A stretch of 64,000 bases of DNA from positions 1-64,000 of the forward strand of contig MU271318.1 in the NCBI GenBank assembly GCA_021432655.1, read 5' to 3'. Source of the stretch: Atractiella rhizophila. Its lineage: Eukaryota. Positions 37,901-48,672 of the stretch are shown here, piece after piece. Every line of letters begins with the position of its first letter. Position 1 is the stretch's first letter. The notes beneath the pieces are model-generated. The model saw nothing but the letters and a program-made list of their open reading frames with translations. It made no database searches and was not told where the DNA came from. Position numbers and translations under genes: made by a program.

Positions 37901-38371
37901 GATGTGGCAGGTCAACTTAACTGCCTTGCCAACATGGCTTCCGTTTATGAGGAAGACCACCAGGTCAATAAAGCGATTGATCTGCTTTGGGAAATGATCA
38001 ATTTGAGCATGACGGTTGGAGGCTATTATGAAGCTCATAGCAGAGGGAAGATGGGCCGACTGCTCTTCAGGCTATCAATGCACTCAGAGGCCAGGAAGGA
38101 AACTATGCATGCCCGTCAGCTTTATGCGGAATGCAGTGCAGCTTCAGACATAACCAATTGCGACAAGTTGTTGGAGGCAATCGCTGGGACAGAAAAGGGA
38201 TCGGATGTGAGGGAAGGACCCCTAGGTGTCACAGAACAGGTATCCAGCGTGAGGGAGGGTTGTGCATCTCCTCCAGGGTTGGCATCCAAAGGATGGGAAG
38301 AAGGCTTCGAAACTGCGAGGCATGATTCGGTGGTTCCGGTACATTTCACCTCACAGTCTGGTACAAACTAA
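34953..38371 (+). CDS. Fungal NLR: patatin-like domain, NB-ARC/STAND NTPase and TPR repeats (three 1-nt frameshifts, possibly assembly errors; ~1120 aa if repaired)
   Basis: Patatin IDNGGIR, GTSTGG, ARATAAAPLFF. Intron 35973-36025. Walker A GGAGNGKST, Walker B ILFLDNFE, MLAPIRE, then 40-aa TPRs. Frames join if one A is added at each of ~35298, ~37297 and ~37488. Confidence 0.88.
37490..37960 (+). repeat. Four highly similar 120-bp TPR-coding repeats
   Basis: GGTT(C/T)GA(G/A)GAGGCGAAGGAGCTGTA at 37503, 37623, 37743 and 37863, encoding FEEAKELY. Confidence 0.92.
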
Positions 38372-38964
38372 TCTTCTGTTGCAGTTGATAGATACGTGAG
38401 CGCCTCACTGTTCTATGTCTCTTTCAATCAGCGGAGAGGCTCAGCGCTGCAAAGTAGAAAAGCCTTAGTTGGTCTTAGATTCGGTGCGTAAGGAGCAATA
38501 TATCAAGTTATATTCCACCTGCTCTGCAGGTGTTTTCTCAGGGCTTTTCAGTGGAATCTTTTTGGTATATGTTGACTTGAACAATGCAACTTGCACTTTT
38601 TGTTTAGCCACCAGAAGGCCGCTGGCTAAAAGTGGTTTTGTGCTTCAGTTTTTGAGAACACAAGTGTGTCAGAGGCCTTTGTCCCTCAGGTCCCCCAACC
38701 CACTCGCAAGGGGCATGGCCCCCTACTGTGACTCTGGTGAGGGTTCGAGCCCAGTTGAAATGCATTTTTTACCCCCTTCGGAATAAAATTTCCTCGCAGC
38801 TTCAGAAAGGCACAAGCATGTGCAGTAAGATGATGTAATTCATTTTGTCTCAATGGGCCTGGTGAGGGAGGTATAAAGGCTCAAAAGTGTGTTTTATGAT
38901 TCATGCCAAGAACGGATGGCTTTTAGAGGTAAGGATTTACACAGGACCCGCAATAATTTGAAGA

Positions 38965-39236
38965 TGACAAATTTATTAGCTCTCGCTACCAATTGACAAA
39001 TTTATTAGCGCTGCGAAGTGCGAGATAACAATGAGTATATGTTGCATTTAGTATGTAAGGAAACTACATTACCTGCGAAGTGCGAGATAACAATGAGTAT
39101 AAGTCTCGCACTTGCAGGTTTACAAGCTTTTATAACAGAGAGATCCCTGTGGCAAAAGATTGGCCACAGTTCCAGAAAGTGCTCCAAGGAAAAGAAACGC
39201 GCAAGTGGCGAAAGGAGGAGGCGCACGATTCTGTCA
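38965..39236 (-). mobile_element. Collapsed LTR element: one ~243-bp LTR, PBS and a duplicated LTR end
   Basis: TGACA...TGTCA ends flanked by GAAGA (38960-64, 39237-41). Minus-strand TATAAAAG and AATAAA. PBS-like TGGTAGCGAGAGC at 38991-38979. Confidence 0.55.
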
Positions 39237-39829
39237 GAAGATGAGGAAGTGTGGGAGAAGAGCCGTAGAGGAAGAGAATGGCAGCCCATTTACCCCTCGG
39301 AGATCTGCTAGTTCAACAACCTATGTGGCATTACACTTGGTCACGGAAGAAACCTCGTAGCGGAGTTCGCAAAAGAAGGCATCCCCTCAGACGCTGTGCA
39401 ACCCCTTTCCTAACTTACAAGTGATGACTCGCCATGACTCCCATTCGGATAAGTGATTTGCTTCTGTATGGGAGTCATGTTTTTGAACGCGTTTTGCGAA
39501 GGCCGAATCCCACACGCTCCCATTTCTTTTCTCTATTCTCCCGTCATTCCTTCCGTTCGAGGCTTGTAGTTAGACGGGAAAAGATGTCCTCTCACTGGCT
39601 TCTCGCCCCGTAGCCCACCGCATCCTCTCCAACCTCTCGTCGCTTCCCGCTACTCCAAGCCAAGCAATCTTCTTCGCCTTCTAAGCGAATTTATCGCACC
39701 CTCTCCTGCTTTCGCACCGGCCGCCGCCCAACGTAACTGACTTTCTTTTGAGCGTCACCCCTCTGTGGACGGCCCCCTTCTCTCCCCTTGCCTTAGTTAA
39801 TCTACTCGGAATAATAGTAGGCCAGACAT

Positions 39830-42800
39830 GAAAGCATGCAAGTCACCCAACCTGTAGTACAAAGAGCTGGCGATGAGGACACTCTGAATCTGGCATTGAT
39901 GAGAGATTTGATGAGCATAATGGGGACACTTAGATGTTCATCCCAATAAAGAGATTGTGCTGGAACCTTGCTATTTAGCTTGGCTCACCATGTCGAAGGG
40001 ACACTGCAAAACCATACTAGACAATTTGGATATCCTTAGTGGGAATCAGCAGGGTAATCCGAATGCTGCAACATCTCACAAGAGGTTGTAGGACATTGAC
40101 AATGGACCCTTCTAGTGGGTCTCTCTCAGAAGAAGCCTTCTCCTCAAAACCATCGCGGAGAAGATGTGTCGTCATTGACGAAAAGAAAATATCTCCATTC
40201 TTGGATGCAAGACTGAGGCAAGGCAGTACCGAGCGAACAGGCCCTCCCAGACTTCAGAGGGAAGTTGACTTCGTCGCCTCTGCCTCTGCCTCCATCTGTA
40301 CATGTATCAGGCTCACAAAGGTCTTTATGACAATGAGCGAGTGACAATGATTGAGTCTGAGGAAATCACAACAATACATCGCCTAAACAGCTTGATATCC
40401 TCCCTTGCCTTGTGGGGAGATATAGTAAGCGCCCATCATGAGGATTTGAACTCTCAAAGTAGCAACCTCTGCCTTGCAAGTCAATCTGCCTGACTGAGGA
40501 CAAAGATCCTCTTGAAGGGAGCTTGCTGAGCGGCTGGCAACCCATAACCCGACAAACCAAGATAGGAAAGGGAGCTGCCCTCATGCAGCTGGATCTCAGA
40601 GGCAAATCCACCATACAGAAGCTGATGGCTCAAAGGTAACAACCTCGCAAGTCATCTACCGCTTGAGTCCGTGAGCAGAGTCTGATGGAAAGCCCTCATA
40701 TGCTCTTCAGCACCTCCTCTGTGTGGTTACCTCTTGACAAACCAAGATATGACAAAAGCAGACGAGTATGAAAAGAGTATCCTAACCTCAAAGAAGACTT
40801 TGTGGATCAAGACATCAGAACACTTCTGAGACGTTATGAGGCGACCCTCGCCCCAAAGAAAGTCAAAGGAATCAATAGAACTCAGCCTCTCATGGTGCAA
40901 TGACAATATTGGTCATCTGAGATGAATCGTATGAATCACATATATTTCTTAGCCTCTAACTCTATGGACTGACCCCAAGGTACCTTGTGGGGCAATACAG
41001 AGTGCCTCTTGCAATGGTCAATAGCCTCCTTCTCTAGATCATGATCTGCAGAATCATCATACTGCCATCCCTCCTTCTCCTTCCTCCTAATGATCACTCG
41101 GAACTGTCTACGAAGTCGATCAAGAACCAGACCGGCCTCTGCAAAACCGTCCATCTTCCAAACATCCTGCACAAACTCGAGGCAGATTACAGCTCAGTTC
41201 TTTGCCTTGGGAAGAACGACTGGATGTCGCATATCTTCGTGACCGCAGTGCTAAGGAATATGAGCGGGAGTGTCTATAAATGTGATGGCGAGCGTAATGA
41301 GGATGGAGGCCAGATTATTAAGAGGGGAATAAAAGGAAGGCCATATCAACGGATCTGTCATGCCGATGGAGAAGAGAAATAGGGTGGAGAGTGTGAATGC
41401 AGAGCATGGTGAGCATCTCTCTCCTTGGACCAAATTGGGCCAACGAGGATCAGGGCTTGAAGGCTGTGGTTCCATCGCTACGGCAGTGAGAGTGGTGGAG
41501 AGGACTATGAAGAGGAAGAATGATAGACCAATGGTGCATTTCTGGCCTTCTAAATGACAAGATACTAATTTCCCAGCATATAGGCGAACCTCCCGAATGA
41601 CCCACTTCATGGGATCAGGGCAAGCCAGAACAAGTTGCTCAAGAGGCAGAATAACTCCACCTCTGTGCCTGACACCATTAAGGGATCAATTGGTCTGTAT
41701 TTTGTTTGACATGCCATTCTCCATATTTGAAACTAACAGGACAATAGATGAGCTCAAGAAAATGGTTGCTGACAATAATTGTCTCATCAACCTCAAAGTA
41801 CTGGCCGCATTTATTGAAGACGGCATTCTACCTCTCTGCCCCACCCATTCTCGCGCTATCGACAGCGAAACGCTTGCCCAATCCGCAACAAAACCTCTCC
41901 TCATCACCATAACGTCAGCGGAATGTGATATCAACCTCCCAATCGATGCAGACGAGGATGATTATACCTCTGAAGACTTACAAAACAATCCTCGAGGGGA
42001 TATGCTGGGCCATAACAGCCTCGGTGAGGAAACACTGTTCCGCTTGAGGAAGTGGAAGAATGTGGGTTCGCGGGAAGCGATTGGGGAGCTGCTTCAAGCT
42101 GTAGTGAGGGGTGCGAAGGTTGCGCAACGATTGTGCAAGCGATGGAAGGAGGCATATCCAGATTCGATGGATGTGACGCCGTTGCTTCTCAACTTTAGCT
42201 GTGTAGGGAGGTTGCCTGAGAGTCTGGCTGAGGCTTGGCTGGAGGGCGGTGGTAGCAATGCCATTTCTCTAAGTCCCGCTTTTTCCTTTCAACAGGATTG
42301 TCATGCTGGATTAGGATGTGTGTTCAGCCAAAGATCTCAAGAACATTATGGTGGCAGGCAAGTATTCAAAAGCATTGTTAGAAAGGTCACAGCAGCATAC
42401 AGATACTGTGTCCACCACATCGAAGGAGAAAAACCTCAAAGCCAAAAAACATCGATTTCCACAGAGCCCACTCCATTCTACTCTCCATTACCTCCCTTCA
42501 CCTTCTCTGCGAATCAACAATGTTGTCCCTCCTCCTGAACAAGGCGACACTTTCATTCTAACGTTGCAACAGGGTCATGACGTTCCTATTCCTCCTCCTA
42601 TCGACAAGCATCTTCCTCCTCCACCTCCGCAAGAATGCAGTATTGCTCCTATGTTGCCATGCAGCAAGATCTCTCACTTCCTACCTCCCCCCTGTAGCGA
42701 AGGTCCACCACCTGGACATATTGCACCACCATCAGACATCCGGCCCACGCCGCTCAAGCTGGGGCAGGTGGGACGGGCGAATGGGATTGGTGCAAACAAG

Positions 42801-43200
42801 AAGAGGAGAGGAAAGTCTAAGAAGAACGAAGAGAACTCGGATGCTCAGGAAGTTGCGTCACTGAGGGGGGATGTCGAGAAACTTAGACCGTTGCTCGACA
42901 AGCAGGATATGATGGCACAGGTGGTTAAGGCCAAAAAAATGGCAAAAGAGAACCATTGGAATGCAGAGCACTGGAAGAAAATGTTACAAAACCAAGTGAG
43001 TGTCCGTATTTCCTAGCTAGTTTCTCAACAGAGAATAGGAGTATGATGTAGGAGTTATGATTATGAAATTTAATTCCATCGACAAAAGGGTATTGGAGCT
43101 TCTTTGACTACTCAAAGGGGGCCAGGACGATCAGGAACATGTTGCTAGTACTAGTGGAAGTGGCAGAGGGAGTGGAGGTAACAGTGCAGGAACACGATAG
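39830..43200 (+). pseudogene. Degenerate coding region of unknown identity; best-preserved ORFs are 41597-42538 and 42318-43016
   Basis: Long ORF fragments interspersed with stops. The sequence looks TG/CA-rich and CG-poor by eye. No family recognised. Confidence 0.3.
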
Positions 43201-44655
43201 GGGCTTCGACTGTTAAGACCACGATAATATGGCACATTCAGTGTTTGAGGAGAAAGAGGGATTAGGGAGGGAACAGGGAGATGGCGATGGGAGTATCACT
43301 GCGTAGATCAGGGGTAAAGACTGTGGTGGAATCAGATCATTTCCATTATGCTCCTGTATAACTGAGCCGTGAATGGAATGCGACTGGAACCTTACTAAAG
43401 CTGCACTAACCGTGCACTGTTTTACGCGCTAGATTGGAACTACATTGCACTGACAGTGCGCTAAAGGCACTGAATATTCGATGTACACATGAGCACTAAC
43501 TGCAACACTAACAGCGCACCAGACGCACAAAACTGGCACTGCTGCAGAGCCAAATAGAAGAGATAAGACAGGACTTACCTTCTTCTCTTTAGCAGCATCG
43601 ATAGTTCTAGCACCAGTGCCAGTCTTTAGGGTTTCTTCTAATCCACAGAGCAGCAGAGAACCAGTCCATCTTCACAGTCAAGCACCACAGCACCCCCATC
43701 CGCTTCAAGTTCAGACTCATCAGAGACTCCAATCATCCATACATGACAACGTCAACGATTCAACCGACTACCTCCTCACCCTCCCTCACCATCAGCTGCT
43801 TCAAATAGAGCAGTTCACAAAGATGAAGGAGGACCAATGGACACAGAGGAGCAAAAGCCCATCGCTCAAAGCTACGAACTGTTGCAGCAACCAACAATGA
43901 GAGCCACAAAGGAGCAAGGAGCAAGAGCAATCAGGAGATGGGCAAGAGGAAAACTCTTCCGCCTTACCATAGAGATAGGGAAGGATCGGAGTGGCCCCAT
44001 GGATGCATACAAGATTGCGAGAGCAATCATCGACAAAGGAGCAAGACGAACTTTGATGAGCAGAGACTTCACTTGAAACATCAGTATTATCTCCCCCCTC
44101 TCACACCATCAGATAGCTCACTAATCATTGGGAATGGATCAGTCACGATCTCTATTGGAAGAATATCGACATGGTCAGCGGTTCGATACGGTCCTCACCT
44201 TAAGAACACAGAGTTTGAGATCTTAGATGCTGGACGGGCCTTCAATATCCTCCCCAGCAAAAGGGCGGAAAGAGCAAATGGAAGTTATCCATTTTTACAA
44301 ATGGGATGTCATTTGTTTTGCACCGCCGTTCATGTGGAACATGTTGCCGAAAAAAGTGCCTTTTGTGGTAAGTTTCTTCCGCAAGGAGTTGAAGAAGGGA
44401 ACGAATTTGAAAACCGAAATTGCAAACGCGCTGTGTAGGGTCAGGCTCCATGTCATGATTTCGACCAACGACAAAGCTGTTCAAATCCAAGGCTTGAATG
44501 GAAAGCTTACGCTGAGGGTAAGAAAGAAACGAACAAGGTTAGTGCTCTTAAAAGCTTTTGTAGGGCACGAGAAGTTGAGCCAACGCATAGGATTTCACTT
44601 ATTTGTTGTGAAGACCGAGAAGCTCAATCAAACCGCTTTATCCTCGCTCAGTATC

Positions 44656-45143
44656 ATGTCGCAGCCACCTCCTGTGGATTCGTTTTCTACGCTCAATGGA
44701 CATCTCGGCTCCTCCTTGCCCGCTGCAGATCCTGTCACTCCGATGTATGCGTTACAGTCCGAAAACAGCGAGCTCAAGAGTGAAAACGCTGCCCTTAAGT
44801 TGTCCAGCTCAAGGCCGACAATGAATCGCTCAGGGTCGAAGTCGTCCACTTTAGCGGGAGAATGGAGAACCTAGAAAGGCAATTGCAGCTAGTGTTGCAA
44901 AGAGCCGGTGTTGATTCTGAAGGTGCGGATCAAGATGTTGGCGAGCAAACTGGGTCTGGAAGCTACCGGGGTTTATCGAGTCACCATTCTCAGCTGGGGT
45001 CACATCATGGCTCTCATGCGTCATCATTGGTGCCAGCAGAGCCTGTCCCAGAATCCCGCGATGCAACCCCAGGGACGACAATCCAGCAGATCATCCTCAG
45101 AAGTGTGGGGAAGTATCCTTTGGCCAAACCCAGAGATGTGTAA
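44656..45143 (+). CDS. Small coiled-coil hypothetical protein (one 1-nt frameshift at ~44797)
   Basis: LQSENSELKSENAALK continues as VVQLKADNESLRVEV...MENLERQLQL if one A is restored. Confidence 0.45.
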
Positions 45144-45706
45144 ATTCCTGCACCTGCATGCTTCCCCTTTCTCCTGCTATTTACACTAAAATAAGGAAGA
45201 CTGACCTGTTTTTTCTAAACGTTGAGCAACTAGCATTAATACTGCACGGAACCGTGAGCGCCTCCAGTTTTAGCTAACCATTGTCCAAGCGGTGATTGGA
45301 CCTACTCTTTCTGTCCCAATACTGTGTATTGAAGCGCAAAACCATTTTTGGCTTGCTGCCCTGTAGTTTTGGAGAACATTTGTGCCCAAAAGCCAGTTCA
45401 AAACTGATCCACGACTTTCTGACTTCTATCACTGATCATTGATCCACTGTTTGTCTGCCATTTAGTGTCCAACGTCCGCACAAGGCCCCCAGCGAATTCA
45501 TCCAACATCGGCATGATCTGAAACTACTAAGTCCCATCTCATCAGTTATTTCTTCTCCAGCATCGATTTGCAGACATCCAGCGGAGTCTATCAAAATGGC
45601 ACAAGTTTCGGCGGGGAGGATAGAATAGGGGCATGATCTCTCTTTTCTTCTTCTCATCGCATCTAACATAAACCTTGGGCTGTGGTCTGTCATCTATTCT
45701 CAGGAA

Positions 45707-47550
45707 ATGACTGAGCAGCGACCATCAATCCCACTTGCAAATCAGGGGCCAGGCTCAAGCGCCACAGCCTTGCTCATGGATGATCGCCAACAAAACTTCA
45801 TTTCGCACTCAACCAGTATTCAAACTCCCACCAACACATCCGAACGTTCGACTTCAGTCCCGTTCGCGACAGATGCCATGATTGTGGACTTTCCGCAATC
45901 CAACTACCACGAACCCCCTTCATTTGTTCCTTCTCCTTTCACATCGGGCAAGCACTCATTGGTCGCGCATGAAGATCCTCGGCAAACGCTCCCACAACTG
46001 GTACCATCATTCGGGCATGCAGAAAAAGTCTTCGACAGTCCAATTAATCTCCCAGGACCTAATCCAATTTGGGGCTACAATAGATCTGTTGTGCCTCATT
46101 TTCAAGACGGATTTCTGGTACCTCTTCAAAGTCCTGCGCGTCCTCGCTTCTCATATCTTCCAGGCGACTATCCGAAGGCTCCGAGCAGTGTGCACCTACT
46201 CACCAGCTCTCGAATGGAAGACTCGTACATGCACTCGGGAAGGGAGAGAGTGTGTGAGCACGACGCTGAATTCCCTAATAAGAGGATACGGACAGACCAT
46301 GCTCTCCCGGATTCAAATGGAATGCCTCTCGAACATTTTGCATTGCCTAAAGAGCTGCCTGACGATCTGTGGGACCTCATTTTTGGGACAGAGAGAGAGC
46401 GCGAGGCTGAATTCCGTAATAAGAGGATGCGGACGGACCATGCTCGCCCCGATTCAAACGGAATGCCTCTCGAACATTTTGCATTGCCTGCATTACCTAA
46501 AGAGCTCTGGGACCTTATTTTTGAGTACCTCCTGGCAGATCCGTTTCAAATGGTAAGTGACTGGAAGTATGGATTAGTGTGCAAGCTACGGCGGGAGCGA
46601 CTGATGGGACTATCAGCGGAACCCAGCACGGCACGAAAAAAAAGAACTATCTGAAGCCCTTCAAAGTCTTTCAACGACGTTGGTTCACAACCAAATATGG
46701 CTATTCGAACACGAACTACATTCCCCTCCATACATTGATTTCAGACATCGTCCCTTACCAGGCTGTCTCCCACCTATGTCTCGCATATCCAGCGGAAAAG
46801 GAAGAACATTTGCAATTGTTGAAGCTACCTCATCTCGAAACCATCAAGGAGTTGGAGTTGGATGGTTGGGATGAGCATACGGCCATTGATTGTTTGCTCA
46901 ACCGACGGTCCTCAAGTCTCAGGTCAATCAAATTGGTGCGATTGCACATGCCTCTATCGGAACCTTTAGCCAAGCGTGACCTCGTCGAGAAGCTTCATGT
47001 TGAATTTGGAAGCGATTTGTTCATGACTTCTCTGATGAAGGTTGGAGTTCAAACGGCATACAATGTGGATTTACGCCCGCTTGGACCAATCTCTCGGTTC
47101 TCCAATCAACAACAACTAGCGCTCCAAACCCTTGTGATATGCTATGAGGCGGACTCACCCTTTGACATTCAGGAAGTTGTTTTCCATGAACCTTTGAGGA
47201 TATCGAATGCTCAGAATTTTGTTCGGCTGAATATTGATGGAGGACATTAAAACAGCAATATCTTGCCGAAGGATTTCTTCTTACAACTTTGAAGTGCTGA
47301 GCAGCTGAAGATACTTTTTCTGTACTTTTGCCTCTTCGACTTCAGAGAGTCCCTTAACTTCATTCGAAGTTTCATGCGGGTTGAAGGCATCAAAATGCGT
47401 CTCGTGCTCTTCTATGGGGAATGGACCGAAGAGGAAGAGAAGCTTATGAAACAGATCAGGAATTTACAGTTTCTAATGAACGAAGCATGTAATCTCTTGG
47501 TTCGGACCCCTCCTCCCCTCAAAGACATTCCCAAACGACAGAGGAGGTAG
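45707..47550 (+). pseudogene. F-box/LRR-like gene with internal duplication, a frameshift and two nonsense codons
   Basis: LPKELWDLIFEYL is F-box-like. A ~46-aa unit is duplicated at 46250-46520. Frameshift in the A8 run at 46636. The frame continues past TAA 47248 and TGA 47290 to 47550. The C-terminus is homologous to 56367-58037. Confidence 0.65.
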
Positions 47551-48239
47551 TAGTTAAGCCTCGCTTTTGGAGGGCAACCTGCAAGCTGATCAGGTAATCT
47601 AGCTTTTAATGATAGCTGTGTGCGCGACAAATTTGACACCAAACTAATAACAGTAGTTAAGGGTTCAACCCTGCCTCTGACAGGAACCAGATCCCTGTCT
47701 GAATCTTGCCTCCTGGTTCCCAGGGTTAGGGTTAGGGTTGAAGGTGGGACCAACATCAACAGGAGAAGGCAGAACCATCAGAGTCCAACAAAGTGGGACT
47801 CCAGATTGAACCAAAGACGAAACACTCACAGTGTAGCTTCTCCCTTCTTGATAAGTTCCTCTCAGGCCCTTCCAACAGTAAATAACTAGGAGCAGGAGGG
47901 AGAAGAGCTATAGTAGGGTGTGAGATGAGGGGTTCCACCAGGAGACAAGACTGGCTAGATCCTGTCTCACTAAGGCTTCTTCAGTTTCTGGTGATGGTGG
48001 GGGCTCTTTGGGAGGTGCTCTAAGTGGTTTATAAGTGAAGGAATTGATGGGGATTGCCCATCACATGCAGAATTGTCATCCTATGCTCCGTGTGCTTGCT
48101 CTGCATGATCATGGCAGCCATGAAGGGTCCTGAGGCTATTTATTCTGGTCCTTTTCGTTGGCAAAGTGCTGTGGGATCACTATTATTTTGCATCACATCA
48201 GTAGCTGTCCTGGTTTTAAGTAGATGATCCCATGATATA

Positions 48240-48452
48240 TGTGGTTCTGCTCATCCCTGGTGGTAAGCACCTAGCATGACTATTATCCGAGACTCCTACC
48301 TGCTCATCCCTGGTGGTAAGCACCTAGCATGACTATTATCCGAGACTCCTACCTGCTCATCCCTGGTGGTAAGCACCTAGGGAGAGCAGGTCATTGACCG
48401 TTCGTACGTACACCCGTGTGCGGTGATCGTACCACACTGGATACTTCCAACA
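48240..48452 (-). repeat. Copia 3' LTR (213 bp); PPT at 48453-48461
   Basis: TG...CA ends. Reverse complement of 27540-27752. Confidence 0.92.
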
Positions 48453-48672
48453 CCCCTCCTCGATCGCCGCACACCGCTCCTCCACCTTTATGCCCCTCCT
48501 CTTTCCGCCTCTCCATGCCCTATCCCGTTTCAGTCCACTCAATCCCCGTGTTTGTCTCGATGGTCCCCCCGTGCACATCAGCGTTCTAATGGTTACCCGA
48601 TAATAGAATTGGACAGACCGTTTCCACGGGTCTTACATCTTCAATAGAACGCCCGCTCGTATCCCCGTCCCC

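Noticed and set aside
38994..39419. Longer 426-bp LTR starting TGTAAG at 39419
   Set aside because: No matching TSD; the 38965-39236 boundaries have GAAGA on both sides.
41170..41500. Ulp1-like protease hint (LGKNDWMSH...GCG)
   Set aside because: No recognisable His/Asp catalytic motifs, and the frames are broken.
43780..44300. Possible LINE ORF1 remnant
   Set aside because: No zinc knuckle, endonuclease or RT downstream to support it.
48248..48380. Regularly spaced ~28-bp repeats resembling a CRISPR array (also 27610-27745 and 53961-54110)
   Set aside because: The spacers are identical, the repeats lie inside LTRs, there are no cas genes, and the context is eukaryotic.
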